A DNA stretch of 39,382 nt from an uncultured Methanosarcinales archaeon. GTDB taxonomy: Archaea; Nanobdellota; Nanobdellia; Woesearchaeales; JAGLXL01. The translations under genes were made by a program, and so were the position numbers. The DNA lies in NCBI GenBank assembly GCA_964472345.1, contig CAYYLB010000004.1:1-39382 (forward strand). The letters run 5' to 3'. The notes beneath the pieces are model-generated. The model was not told the DNA's origin and searched no databases. It saw nothing but the letters and a program-made list of their open reading frames with translations. This document shows, piece after piece, positions 8,565 to 18,492 of the stretch (the first letter of the stretch is position 1; each line of letters opens with the position of its first letter).

Positions 8565-9593
8565 TCACAGCCCCTTCTCCAGCTGCTCCACGAACCGATC
8601 GAAATCTTCTGATTTGATAACCGCGCCGCAGGCGTACTCATGCCCGCCGCCGTGGCCCTGCACGCCGGCGAGCGCCTGCTGCAGCGGCTCGAGCACCCGC
8701 GTGGCGCGCGCGCGCAGGCTGCACTTATACTCGCCGTCTTTCTCGCGGCACACGAGCACCACCTTGTCCGGATGGTACCGCGCAAGCTCGTTGCTCAGCT
8801 CGCTCGTGTAGCTCCACCGCTGTGTATCATACTTGAACAGCAGCAGCCGGGCGCGCGCCTGCTGCTTCAACGCGTTCGCGAGCAGCTCGCGGTACTGCTC
8901 ATTGATCATCAGGAACCGCTTTCGCAGGAATGCGCCGCCCGGCGTCGTACCCTCAAGCAGCTCCGCGGGCGACTGGATGCGGCCGATGATCTTCACGCAC
9001 TTCAGCGCATCGCCGCTCTTCCCTTTCAGCAGGAATGAGAGCATGCGTGCAAGCGTGCCTGCCGTGGTCTCGTACATCGCGGTTTCCGGCTCATGCACGT
9101 CGCGGGGCAGCAGCCCGGGATGCTCCTGCTCCAGCCGCTCAAGGAAATCCGGCACATACCAGTCCGCAACGCACCCGACCGCCGCGATCCAGCTGTCCTG
9201 CTGCACGACCTCATAAGCCATGCGCGTCGTGGGGATATATGCGTCCTTGTCCTGCAGGCGGGGGTTGAAATAGTGGACGTTCTGCCGCTCCACGGGCATG
9301 TGGTGGTCTACCCAGTAGATCGGAACGCCGGCCGCATCGATGAACTCCTGCTCCACCACCGGCACGTCGAGGACAAACACCACGTCCGGCGAGTACTCAG
9401 CGATTTTCCGCACCCAGTCTTTCGTCAGGCAGGAGGTCGTCTTCACAATCACGCCATGCCCCTCGCCCACGAAGCGGTAGAGCAGCAGGAACGAGCACAG
9501 CCCGTCGGGATCGTCGTCGAAGAAGAACAGCGGCCTCTTTGCAGCCCCGAGCGCAGCGCGCAGCTGCTCGACCTGGCGCGGAGGGAGGATCAT
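8565..9593 (-). CDS. DHH/DHHA1 family phosphoesterase (RecJ/NrnA-like nuclease)
   Basis: DDDPDG, VLD, VDHH and GGGHEYACG motifs; ATG 9593 lies after a TATA at about 9616-9623. Confidence 0.9.
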   Translation of the reverse strand: MILPPRQVEQLRAALGAAKRPLFFFDDDPDGLCSFLLLYRFVGEGHGVIVKTTSCLTKDWVRKIAEYSPDVVFVLDVPVVEQEFIDAAGVPIYWVDHHMPVERQNVHYFNPRLQDKDAYIPTTRMAYEVVQQDSWIAAVGCVADWYVPDFLERLEQEHPGLLPRDVHEPETAMYETTAGTLARMLSFLLKGKSGDALKCVKIIGRIQSPAELLEGTTPGGAFLRKRFLMINEQYRELLANALKQQARARLLLFKYDTQRWSYTSELSNELARYHPDKVVLVCREKDGEYKCSLRARATRVLEPLQQALAGVQGHGGGHEYACGAVIKSEDFDRFVEQLEKGL

Positions 9594-9667
9594 GCTCCCG
9601 GCGCGAGCTGCGAGGTATTTAAAGGTTTGTGGCGCCGTCGGGGAACCGCCGGAACCCCACCCGACAC

Positions 9668-9778
9668 CCATCGCCGCAACCTTTTTATCCCCGCAAAACA
9701 CCGCGGGCGCATGAGGCTCAAAGCCATCCGCTACGCCGACATCGAGCGGTACCCGGCCTACTTCAGGCTCAGCCAGAC
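9668..9778 (+). repeat. Direct repeat copy 1 (111 bp): promoter plus about 22 codons of nre, truncated
   Basis: Identical to 10890-11000 except one C/T. The reading frame from ATG 9711 stops at 9806. Confidence 0.95.
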
Positions 9779-9940
9779 AGGGTACCAAAAATTTGGCAAT
9801 AATTGAGACGGACTCGGAAACTGAATCAGAAACCACATCATCCGGAATTGCTCAATTATCTCGGGAAATGGAATCACAATAGACACTTTAAAGTAGTAAC
9901 TTAGGAAAGCTTTATAAACGAGCAGGCCACCAAGCTACAA

Positions 9941-10804
9941 ATGGATCAGTTACATAATGTTGGACTCCTACAGCAGTTGCTAAAAGCCCATTATGTAAGC
10001 GATTCAATGGTAGTTGATTTCCGCTTCTACTTGCGTCCGGAGCGACAAATTTACCAACAATTAAAAAAGCAAGTTGAAGATGCACAACAGCAGCTACGTG
10101 GACTACCAGAAGATCAGCGAGACAGTGGAATAGATAGGGACCTCACTAAGCTGCGAGAGAGTCTCGAATTCCGACTAGCAATAGAGCCGGATCTTCGCTG
10201 GATGAGGAATAGGGGTGACTTAAAAGGTTTTCTCGGGGATACATTCACGGTAGATGACAATGGGGCCATAAGAAGGGGTAATAAACAATATAGTAAAAAT
10301 CAAGTCGAAGAGTACTACATGAGAGAAAATGTCAGGATAGTTAGGGGTGAGCCGAGTTTAATACCTGATGGAGTGAACCCAATAGTAGAAAGGCTGCTGA
10401 AAGAAGCGACCTACGCTGCGCTGCATCCATTGTGCAAGAGTACTAAGGGAATATCGGAGAGCTTACAAAAAATTGACGCAGAGGCTGTTAATTGTGAGTT
10501 GATAATGCCACACTTCCCTAAGTCAATACCTGAACTTCAGGAGGGGTCACTGGCAACGGAGTTTCTTGAAAAATTTGGGTTGGTAGTAAAGCAAGGTGAT
10601 GCGTACACGCCAACAATGGGTAACCTCGATTTACTCACAACTCCCGATGTAACTCCAAACAAGCCGATAGGCGAGCCAGCACGTATAATCTATATACCAA
10701 TGTATCGTACAGCGACAGTAGTGGCCTTATACGAAATACTTAGTGGGAAAACTATCATTCAACTGGCAAACGAAGTGATAGGACAACTACCTAAAAAAAA
10801 GTAA
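9941..10804 (+). CDS. Hypothetical protein, low-GC insert
   Basis: 287-aa ORF, visibly AT-richer than its flanks, with its own TTTATAAA box at 9911-9918. Confidence 0.8.
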   Translation: MDQLHNVGLLQQLLKAHYVSDSMVVDFRFYLRPERQIYQQLKKQVEDAQQQLRGLPEDQRDSGIDRDLTKLRESLEFRLAIEPDLRWMRNRGDLKGFLGDTFTVDDNGAIRRGNKQYSKNQVEEYYMRENVRIVRGEPSLIPDGVNPIVERLLKEATYAALHPLCKSTKGISESLQKIDAEAVNCELIMPHFPKSIPELQEGSLATEFLEKFGLVVKQGDAYTPTMGNLDLLTTPDVTPNKPIGEPARIIYIPMYRTATVVALYEILSGKTIIQLANEVIGQLPKKK

Positions 10805-10889
10805 ACCAAACCCAGTGAAGATTTTTCGAGAGACTCAAGATAAGAAAAACGGCGATTAAGTCCACCCCAGGCGAGCGGGCCCTCGGCGA

Positions 10890-11000
10890 CCATCGCCGCA
10901 ACCTTTTTATCCCTGCAAAACACCGCGGGCGCATGAGGCTCAAAGCCATCCGCTACGCCGACATCGAGCGGTACCCGGCCTACTTCAGGCTCAGCCAGAC
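10890..11000 (+). repeat. Direct repeat copy 2 (111 bp), part of the intact nre locus
   Basis: Matches 9668-9778. Confidence 0.95.
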
Positions 11001-12411
11001 GCTCAAGGAAGACTTCTTCGGCAGCGCGCCCGCGCCGTTCATCGGCCGCTACGGCTACCCGAAGGTGAATGTCGGCCTGCTCGCCCCGCAAGAAACAGCG
11101 CAGGACGCATGGCTGCACGACGCTCCCCGCCACTGGGCAGCAAGAAACTTTTCCATTCCAAGGGTCACCGACCTGCGCCTCTCGCTCGTGAATTCGCGCG
11201 CACCGGCGCACATCAAGGCCCCCGCGAAGATTGTCGAGCTCGCGCAGCAGGTAGGACTGGCAGCAACGCCGGTGGACATCGAGGTGCACCTGAAGAAAAA
11301 ACCAGCGCTCAGGCCGCTCACCGACCGGATCATCACGCCCATGGGGCCCAGCGCCCCGCTCAGGAACGTCCGCATCACCTCAAACCCCAAGATTCCGGCG
11401 AAAGTCCAGAAAGCGCATGATGACACTGACCTGAAAGCGGCTGACGCGGTGCAGGGGCTCTACCGCAGCGAGCATGATGAAAACACCCTGTCGCGCATCC
11501 TCTCCGTGGGCGCGATCGGCATCGGGAAGAACCGCAGGCTCGTGCCGACGCGCTGGTCGATCACTGCGGTGGATGACACGCTCGGCAAGGGCTTGGCAGA
11601 AAAAGTCAGGCAGCACCCGGGCGCGGAGCATCAGGCGTGGCTCGGCAGCTTCTTCGGCAACCACTTCCTTATCCTCTGCTTCACCGATGCATGGAGCTAT
11701 GAGCTGTTCGAGCTGTACATGCCCCGCGGCGGCATACGCCCTGATGCAGAGGTCCGCTACACCACTGACTATGAGCCCTACGCAGGCCGCACCAGCTACG
11801 CGGAGAGCTGCGCCGGAGGCTACTATGCCGCGCGCCTGCCGATCCTCGAGCAGCTCAACGAGCGCAGGCAGCAGGCAAGCGTCCTCGCGCTGCGCTTCAT
11901 CACCGACGAATACACCACGCCGCTGGGCGTCTGGGTCGTGCGCGAGGCGGTGCGCAAGGCGGTGACACGCAAGCCGCTGGCATTTGCCTCAAAAGAGCTG
12001 CTGCTGCGCTACGCAACTAATGTCATCCGAATCAGGTTCAACTTCGACCTCGCGCGCATCCTCGGACAGAGCAGGCTCCTGCGCAACCAGAAACAGCAGC
12101 GCAAGCTTCACGAGTTCTGGCGCATGCGCTGCCGCAGCAGCGCGCTGTCGAGCAGATGGAGCAGCCTGCGCCTGCGGACGACGCCCACCAGCCTCCCCCG
12201 CTCCAGCACAGGCAGGACATCGAGCTGCTGCTGCTCAAGCGCGCGATACGCTGCCGCAGCGCTTCCACGCGCGTCCAGCGGAGCGATCGAAGCTGCAGGG
12301 ATCATGATATCCTTCACGCGCGCGTTCCGCGCAGCTTTCCGCGACAGGCCGACGACACCGGCAAACCGCCTCTTCTCGACGACCACGAAGCTCTTCTGCT
12401 CCGTGCGCTGA
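10933..12411 (+). CDS. nreA: Nre family DNA repair protein (PCNA-interacting); 3' extension past the PIP box is doubtful
   Basis: FIGRYGYPKVNVG, RRLVPTRWSITAVD, GGYYAARLPILE, YTTPLGVWVVRE motifs; PIP-like QRKLHEF at about 12097-12117. Confidence 0.88.
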   Translation: MRLKAIRYADIERYPAYFRLSQTLKEDFFGSAPAPFIGRYGYPKVNVGLLAPQETAQDAWLHDAPRHWAARNFSIPRVTDLRLSLVNSRAPAHIKAPAKIVELAQQVGLAATPVDIEVHLKKKPALRPLTDRIITPMGPSAPLRNVRITSNPKIPAKVQKAHDDTDLKAADAVQGLYRSEHDENTLSRILSVGAIGIGKNRRLVPTRWSITAVDDTLGKGLAEKVRQHPGAEHQAWLGSFFGNHFLILCFTDAWSYELFELYMPRGGIRPDAEVRYTTDYEPYAGRTSYAESCAGGYYAARLPILEQLNERRQQASVLALRFITDEYTTPLGVWVVREAVRKAVTRKPLAFASKELLLRYATNVIRIRFNFDLARILGQSRLLRNQKQQRKLHEFWRMRCRSSALSSRWSSLRLRTTPTSLPRSSTGRTSSCCCSSARYAAAALPRASSGAIEAAGIMISFTRAFRAAFRDRPTTPANRLFSTTTKLFCSVR

Positions 12412-13211
12412 TACAATGCGAGGATGCGCGAGACCGGATCGCCGGGCCTTGCGGATGGAAAACGCCTCTCAAGCGCCGCAGTGAACGGAATCCGGTCGAG
12501 CATGACCTTCAGGGCGACCTGCCCGTAGCTCGCCCGCGCGAGCAGCCACAGGAATCCCCCGAGGAACAGGAACCAGATGCCGCCGAGCGCCCCCGCAAAG
12601 ATGCCCAGGAAGCCGAGGAAGACGAGCGCGCCGCCGACCGCCTTCCCGCCAAGGGCAGCGATGCGCGTCGCCTTCAGCAGGTCGCGGAGCGCAAGCCGCA
12701 GCAGCGCGCGGAACACACGCCCCCCGTCGAGCGGATACCCCGGCACGAGGTTGAACAATGCCAACAGGAGATTGATCTGCCACAGGTAGAGCGACAGCGC
12801 CTTGAGCGCCAGCGGGAGCGGCTGCGCGTGCACGAGATACAGCGCACCGGCAAGCGCAAGGCTCGCCAAAGGGCCGGCGAGCGCCATCACCAGCTCAATG
12901 CGCGGCGGGACATCCTCGCCCGGCAGGGAAGCGACGCCGCCGAAAAAGAACAGCGTGATCTGATCGACGGGAAGCTGGTGCGCCTTCGCGACGAGCGCAT
13001 GCGCAAGCTCGTGCAGCAGGACGCAGGCGAAGAGCAGCACCGCAGCGCAGATGCCGATGATCCCGTACCAGAGCGCAGGCATGCCGGGATACGCGCGGGG
13101 AAAGAAGTCCGCCGCAAGGCTGTAGGCCAGCAGCACGGCGATGAACCACCAGGAGTAATGCAGCGACACGGCAATCCCCCGGATGCGAAACAGGCGCAGG
13201 CCACTATCCAT
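12108..13211 (-). CDS. Site-2 protease (peptidase M50) with CBS domains
   Basis: HELAH, ALAGP, FNLVPGYPLDGG; several TM helices; C-terminal CBS-like segments. Confidence 0.93.
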   Translation of the reverse strand: MDSGLRLFRIRGIAVSLHYSWWFIAVLLAYSLAADFFPRAYPGMPALWYGIIGICAAVLLFACVLLHELAHALVAKAHQLPVDQITLFFFGGVASLPGEDVPPRIELVMALAGPLASLALAGALYLVHAQPLPLALKALSLYLWQINLLLALFNLVPGYPLDGGRVFRALLRLALRDLLKATRIAALGGKAVGGALVFLGFLGIFAGALGGIWFLFLGGFLWLLARASYGQVALKVMLDRIPFTAALERRFPSARPGDPVSRILALYQRTEQKSFVVVEKRRFAGVVGLSRKAARNARVKDIMIPAASIAPLDARGSAAAAYRALEQQQLDVLPVLERGRLVGVVRRRRLLHLLDSALLRQRMRQNS

Positions 13212-13327
13212 GCGCCGTGAGAAGCGGCGGAAGTTTTTAAGGGTTGTGGAAACGGAATGGGGTGAAATGCAGATGGAAGACGCATCCAACCAAAATCTTT
13301 ATATCCGCTTCCGCGCTTTATCCGCGC

Positions 13328-13849
13328 ATGCCGCTCGCCGTCACCCACGTCCTGCTGACCATCATCCTCGTCGACCTCTACCGGGATTACGTGACGAAGC
13401 ACAAAAGGCACTTCACCCTCTCCACGGTGCTCGTGGCGGGCATCGCAGGCCTGCTGCCCGACATCGACATCCCGCTCACGTGGCTGCTTGCGCTGGCCGG
13501 CATCTCCGCTCCGGCGCTTGCGCACGGCGGCATCACGCACACGCCTGCGTTCGGCGCCCTTTTCCTTGTTCCTGCGCTTATCTTCTGGTACCGGAAAAAG
13601 CGGAAAGCCGGCATGCTCTTCTTCGTCGTTGCGTTCGGCGTCTTCTTCCACCTGCTGCTCGACTACGTGCTGGGCGGCGGGCGCAGCGAAGGCATCATGC
13701 TCTTCTGGCCGTTCGCGCAAGAGGCGTTCAAGATCCACCTGCTGGCGCGCTTCGGCTCCCTTGACGTGCCGGCGGCGCTTGACGCGATCATCCTGCTCGC
13801 ATGGCTTGCGCATGAAGAGCTGAAGCACAAGATCAGGGACTTTGTTTGA
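13328..13849 (+). CDS. Membrane-bound metal-dependent hydrolase (YdjM-like)
   Basis: THV, LLPDID, HGGITHT, HLLLD motifs. Confidence 0.88.
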   Translation: MPLAVTHVLLTIILVDLYRDYVTKHKRHFTLSTVLVAGIAGLLPDIDIPLTWLLALAGISAPALAHGGITHTPAFGALFLVPALIFWYRKKRKAGMLFFVVAFGVFFHLLLDYVLGGGRSEGIMLFWPFAQEAFKIHLLARFGSLDVPAALDAIILLAWLAHEELKHKIRDFV

Positions 13850-13987
13850 GCGGAGCGCCGGCGTCTCCCACGCACCCTCACCATTCATAAGCCCGAACCC
13901 GTTCCCCCATGCATTTCGCCGCTCGAAACAACCGCAGCTCCATCCCGCAAAAAGATTTATATAGTACTTGTATATAATCTGATACAT

Positions 13988-14563
13988 ATGTATAAAAAGA
14001 GATACGATAAGTTGGATATCCTCAAGCTTTACACGGGAGCGTACGCTACGCAGCTTTACCTCCGGGAAATCAGCAGGCTGTCCGGGCTCCCCCTGAGAAC
14101 GACGCAGAATGCGGTCAGCGCCCTGGAAAAGCAGGGGGTGTTCAGGAGCAGCCTAAGAGGAAAGAACAAATACTTCATCCTCAACAGGGACAATATCCAG
14201 ACAAAGCTGTACCTGCTGCAGTCAGAAATTGACAAGACACTAGTGTTTTTGGAAAACTACCCTGTGTTCAGGACATTTCTCAAGCAGGCTCCGGACATGA
14301 CGATGGTCGCTTTCGGCAGCTTTGCGAAACGCACTGCGGAAAAAGACTCCGACGTGGACCTCCTCATCGTCACCGGCGGCGAAGAAAGGCCCCCCTATCA
14401 CCTGCTGCCCTGCAAGGCCCATGAGATCAGGATGTCAGAAAAAACATTCATAAAGGCGTTGGAAAAAAAGGAACCACTGATGCAGGAAATAGAAGACCAC
14501 CATATCATCCTCACCAACCATTCATGGTATGTAGAGAAGATGTGGAGGCATGGTGGAACGTAA
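13988..14563 (+). CDS. HTH-fused minimal nucleotidyltransferase (MNT antitoxin)
   Basis: N-terminal wHTH (YLREISRLSGL); FGSFAK...DSDVDLL motif; overlaps the HEPN gene. Confidence 0.9.
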   Translation: MYKKRYDKLDILKLYTGAYATQLYLREISRLSGLPLRTTQNAVSALEKQGVFRSSLRGKNKYFILNRDNIQTKLYLLQSEIDKTLVFLENYPVFRTFLKQAPDMTMVAFGSFAKRTAEKDSDVDLLIVTGGEERPPYHLLPCKAHEIRMSEKTFIKALEKKEPLMQEIEDHHIILTNHSWYVEKMWRHGGT

Positions 14564-15026
14564 GAAATTGGGATGGTGCTTCGCGCTGAGCGATGGTTTG
14601 CGGGTGACAGAGCCAAATGAGCGTCTGGCCAGGTCCTATCTCAAAGAAGCGAAGGCATCGCTGGAACGAGCCGAGAAGGATCTCGAGGATGGCGACCTCC
14701 TGTGGGCAACTGTTGTCCTTTATTACGCAGAATACTATGCAGCATATTCCTTCCTGCAACGGATTGGGGTGAAATGTGGAAATCATTTTTGTTCGCTCCT
14801 TGCGGCCGGTTTCCTCCTCGGAGAAGAGAAAACGGAAAGAATCAACCGGCACAAGGACAAGAGGATCGACGCGCAGTATTATATGAAAGTCGACAAAGAG
14901 GAAGAGGTTCGCATGATGGTGCGGGAGGCAAAAATCGTCGTTTCGGCTTTTGACGAGATTGTCTCAACCATCACTGAGAAAGAGATTGGGGTCCACAGGG
15001 AACGGTTGAGGGGAATCATAGAATAA
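14550..15026 (+). CDS. HEPN domain protein (MNT-HEPN toxin)
   Basis: YLKEAKASLERA, YYAEYYAA, KCGNH and RIDAQY (R-x4-Y) motifs. Confidence 0.88.
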   Translation: MVERKKLGWCFALSDGLRVTEPNERLARSYLKEAKASLERAEKDLEDGDLLWATVVLYYAEYYAAYSFLQRIGVKCGNHFCSLLAAGFLLGEEKTERINRHKDKRIDAQYYMKVDKEEEVRMMVREAKIVVSAFDEIVSTITEKEIGVHRERLRGIIE

Positions 15027-15215
15027 TGACTAAGGTGAAGGCGGCTCGGGAAATGCTGCGTTGCCAGCTCCAGTGAGTTAGCGTTTCGGCCTGAGATTGC
15101 GGGCAAAGCAACGGACGCGCATCGCGGCAAGCGACCAACGATGGTTTCTTTCCCGTATGCGGGCATCTGCACTGCAACCCCATTATTTATAAATATACTG
15201 ATGTTCCTTCCCCCC

Positions 15216-15467
15216 ATGCCCCTCGCCGAAGCCCTCGCCGCCAACGCAACCGCAGTACCGGCATCCCTCGACCCGGTCGTCGATTTCATCCGCAGCTTCT
15301 TCGGCATCCTCTCTGCGCTGCTCGGCGGCCTGTTTGGGCTGTATTTCATCTTCATCATCATCCGCCTTTTCTACGACCAGAAGGTGCTGCGGGAGATCCG
15401 CGAGATGAAGCGCGAGCTCGCAGCGATGCACGAGCAGCTCGACCGCCTCGCGCGCCGGAGGAGATGA
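15216..15467 (+). CDS. Small membrane protein
   Basis: One long hydrophobic segment followed by a coiled-coil tail; TATA at about 15186; start could be 15201. Confidence 0.7.
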   Translation: MPLAEALAANATAVPASLDPVVDFIRSFFGILSALLGGLFGLYFIFIIIRLFYDQKVLREIREMKRELAAMHEQLDRLARRRR

Positions 15468-16162
15468 TGAAGCTCGCGATCGCCCCTGCCGTGTTCCAGA
15501 GCGTCCATGAGCAGTTTCTTGCCGGGCTCATCGAGGTGCGCGGGCTGAGCAACCGGGGCAGCGCTGCGGAGATCGACGAGATGCTCCGCGACATCGAGGA
15601 GCTTGTCCGGCTGAGCTTCAGCCCAGAAAGCGTGCAGACGCACCAGTTGCTCTCGGCGTGGAAGGCTGCGGTCGCGCATCTCGGCGAGGCGAAGCACTAT
15701 GAGAGCAACGTCGAGCGGCTCATGAGCTACGTGCTGCACGGCCGCGGCGTGGCGAGCAGGAACAAGCTCGCGGACCTGTGCACATTTCTTGCGCTGAAGT
15801 ACCTCATCCCCATTGCGGCGCTTGACCTGGCGCAAGCCCACGGCAATCTGGCGTGGAAGCTCTCCACGGGGCGGGAAACGCTCGCGGTGGACGGAAAAAG
15901 CGCCCGCATCCCCAAGGGCGACCTGATATTCAGCGACCGCAAGAATGTTCTCGCATGGAAGCTTGACTACCAGACCAACCCAGTGGCTGATGCCAGCACC
16001 GCGACAAAAGACGCGCTGATCAGCATTGTCGTCGTTCCTCCTGTCACGCAGGAGCGCCTGCAGAGCCATCTCGACGAGCTTGCCGGATTGATTAGGATCT
16101 TCTGCGGCGGGAGCGTGCAGAAGGCTATTTTAAGCAGGGAGCGGAGGACGGTGGAGCTGTGA
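15464..16162 (+). CDS. Stand-alone B3/4 (PheRS-beta editing-like) domain protein
   Basis: SNVERL, NKLADLC...LKYLIPIAALDL, GDLIFSD and TKDALI resemble B3/4 family motifs. Confidence 0.75.
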   Translation: MMKLAIAPAVFQSVHEQFLAGLIEVRGLSNRGSAAEIDEMLRDIEELVRLSFSPESVQTHQLLSAWKAAVAHLGEAKHYESNVERLMSYVLHGRGVASRNKLADLCTFLALKYLIPIAALDLAQAHGNLAWKLSTGRETLAVDGKSARIPKGDLIFSDRKNVLAWKLDYQTNPVADASTATKDALISIVVVPPVTQERLQSHLDELAGLIRIFCGGSVQKAILSRERRTVEL

Positions 16163-16278
16163 ACCGGACTACCCTTCCGGCTGCGGCATCCTGCGCTTCG
16201 ACATTTTCCCAAAAAAGTATGAGGTTCTGTCAAAAGGTTTATAAGGGCGCTTGATTTTACCTTTCGTTCAGGATAGTG

Positions 16279-16728
16279 ATGGAAGCAGCGACAACCATAC
16301 GGGATGATATTCAGCAAAGATGGTTTGCGCGCGTAGATTTCTCTCGGAGCGTTGATAATCATTATACAGGGTTGTTCAAGGTCGTTTACCAGTCACATGA
16401 TTACACAGATGGTACTGAAGGACCGGTGACTAAACTTGCAGCTATTGCGGCACGCATAGCCGACGGCGAATGGAGACGTATGGGTGATCACTACCTCCCC
16501 TGCGGAGCTATTATCGATTTGCGGGCGTTGCCTCTTGAAGATCAATATGATGCCAGAGAAGCTTTCCGTGGCATCCTCGGGCCAATATCCGCAGCTATCA
16601 TGGAGGTATCGCACGAATCAGCATCGGGGTCATCAGTTGATGCTCTTGTTTTTTCGTTTCATGGCAGAGAGCACGAGACAGCTATTGCTGGCGCACATAG
16701 TGGTTTTCCTGAGCGACAACAAACTTAA
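16279..16728 (+). CDS. Hypothetical protein, lower-GC insert
   Basis: About 150-aa ORF with its own TTTATAA box at about 16238; no motif recognised. Confidence 0.6.
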   Translation: MEAATTIRDDIQQRWFARVDFSRSVDNHYTGLFKVVYQSHDYTDGTEGPVTKLAAIAARIADGEWRRMGDHYLPCGAIIDLRALPLEDQYDAREAFRGILGPISAAIMEVSHESASGSSVDALVFSFHGREHETAIAGAHSGFPERQQT

Positions 16729-16754
16729 TAAGTACCGCCCATTCATTCTCCTCA

Positions 16755-18440
16755 ATGGATTTCCGCTCAAAGCTCGCCGCGCTGCTCGCCGGGGAAACCG
16801 GGCTTGCTTCAAATGAAATTGAAAAGCTCCTCGAGGTGCCGCCGCAGGAAGCGCTTGGCGACTATGCGTTCCCGTGCTTCCCGCTTTCCAAGACGCTGAA
16901 GAAAAGCCCAATGCAGATTGCGGCGGGGCTTGCGCAGCGGCTGAAGAAGCCCGCATTTGTCGAGCGCATCGAGGCCGCAGGAGCGTACGTCAACTTCTTC
17001 CTGAACCACGAGCACCTTGCGAAAGCGGTGCTTCTTGCTGTCGCAAAGCAAAAAAAGAAGTACGGCGCAGCAAACATTGGGCAGCGGAAGACGCTGGTGA
17101 TTGATTTTTCAAGCCCGAACATCGCCAAGCCATTCGGCATCGGCCACCTGCGCAGCACCGTCATCGGCAACAGCCTCGGCAGGATCTTCTCCTTTCTCGG
17201 CTACCGCGTCATCGGCGTCAACCACCTCGGCGACTGGGGGACGCAGTTCGGGAAGCTGATGGTTGCCTACAAGCGCTGGGGCGATGAGCGGGCGCTCGAA
17301 CAAGAGCCCATCAACCACCTGCTGCAGCTCTATGTGCGGTTCCACAAGGAAGCCGAGCAGCAGAAGGCGCTCGAGGACGAGGCGCGCGAGTGGTTCAAAA
17401 AGCTCGAGGATGGCGACAAGGAGGCGCTTGCGCTCTGGGAGAGCTTCCGCGAGCTGAGCCTGCGCGAGTTCAGCCGGATCTACCACCTCCTCGGCGTTGA
17501 GTTTGACTACATGCATGGGGAATCCCACTATAATGCGTTTCTCGATGAGGTCATTGCGCTGGCGGAGAAGAAGCACATCACGGAGCTCAGCGACGGAGCG
17601 CTCGTCGTGCCGCTCGAAGGCGTCCCGCGGCTCGTGCTGCGCAAGAAGGACGGGGCAACGACGTATGCGACGCGCGACATCGCAGCAGCGCTCCACCGCC
17701 TGAAGGAGTACAAGCCTGCGCGCATCATCTACGTTGTGGGGAGCGAGCAGCGGCTCCACTTCCGGCAGCTGTTCGCGACGCTGAAGCTGCTCGGCGAGCC
17801 GGAAGAGAAGCTTGTCCATGTTGACTTCGGCCTGATCCGCTTCCCCGAGGGAAGGATGAGCACCCGCAGAGGCAATGTCATCTTCCTCGAGGAGGTGCTG
17901 GAGAAAGCCATCGCGCTGGTCCGGGAAGCTATCGAGGCGAAGAACCCCGGGCTTGAGGGCAAGGACGCGGTGGCGCGCGACGTCGGCATCGGCGCGATCA
18001 TCTTCGGCGACCTCGTGAACGACCGGATGAGGGACATCACGTTCGACTGGAAGCGCATCCTCGACCTTGAAGGCGACTCGGGGCCGTACGTGCAGTACAC
18101 CCATGCCCGCGCATGCAGCATCCTCCGGAAAGCGGCAAAGGGGATCACTCCAAAGGCGCGCATTGCGCTGCTGCGGCAGCCGGAAGAGACGCGGTTAGCC
18201 AAGCTGCTGGCGCAGTTCCCGCCTGCCGTGCAGCTTTCCGCACAGAGCTGCAAGCCGCACCACATCGCCCAGCACCTGCTGAAGCTGAGCCAGGCATTCA
18301 ACGCGTTCTACCACCAGCACCCCGTGATCCAGGAGGACGAGGAGCTTCTCAACGCGAGGCTGCTGCTCGTCGATTGCACGCGGCAGGTGCTCGCGAACGG
18401 TCTGGCGCTGCTCGGCATCAGGGCGCCGGAGGAGATGTGA
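16755..18440 (+). CDS. argS: Arginine--tRNA ligase
   Basis: DFSSPNIAKPFGIGHLRST, NHLGDWGTQFG, YATRDIA, MSTRRG, YVQYTHARACSI, C-terminal APEEM. Confidence 0.98.
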   Translation: MDFRSKLAALLAGETGLASNEIEKLLEVPPQEALGDYAFPCFPLSKTLKKSPMQIAAGLAQRLKKPAFVERIEAAGAYVNFFLNHEHLAKAVLLAVAKQKKKYGAANIGQRKTLVIDFSSPNIAKPFGIGHLRSTVIGNSLGRIFSFLGYRVIGVNHLGDWGTQFGKLMVAYKRWGDERALEQEPINHLLQLYVRFHKEAEQQKALEDEAREWFKKLEDGDKEALALWESFRELSLREFSRIYHLLGVEFDYMHGESHYNAFLDEVIALAEKKHITELSDGALVVPLEGVPRLVLRKKDGATTYATRDIAAALHRLKEYKPARIIYVVGSEQRLHFRQLFATLKLLGEPEEKLVHVDFGLIRFPEGRMSTRRGNVIFLEEVLEKAIALVREAIEAKNPGLEGKDAVARDVGIGAIIFGDLVNDRMRDITFDWKRILDLEGDSGPYVQYTHARACSILRKAAKGITPKARIALLRQPEETRLAKLLAQFPPAVQLSAQSCKPHHIAQHLLKLSQAFNAFYHQHPVIQEDEELLNARLLLVDCTRQVLANGLALLGIRAPEEM

Positions 18441-18492
18441 CCGAAAGTATTATATACCTTTAGTGTATAATCATCAACCAAAGGTGTATGGT

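Noticed and set aside
9594..9836. Upstream extension of the DHH ORF (similarly 5684, 7797 and 4380 starts)
   Set aside because: These extensions cross promoters, the tRNA or repeats; downstream ATGs about 25 nt after TATA boxes fit better.
9668..11000. Possible DGR template/variable repeat pair
   Set aside because: Only one mismatch (C/T, not adenine-specific), the repeat is at a gene 5' end, and no reverse transcriptase is in the window.
15030..15160. Possible structured RNA after the first HEPN gene
   Set aside because: Only short imperfect stems (CGGGAAA/TTTCCCG, CGTTGC/GCAACG), plausible by chance at this GC content.
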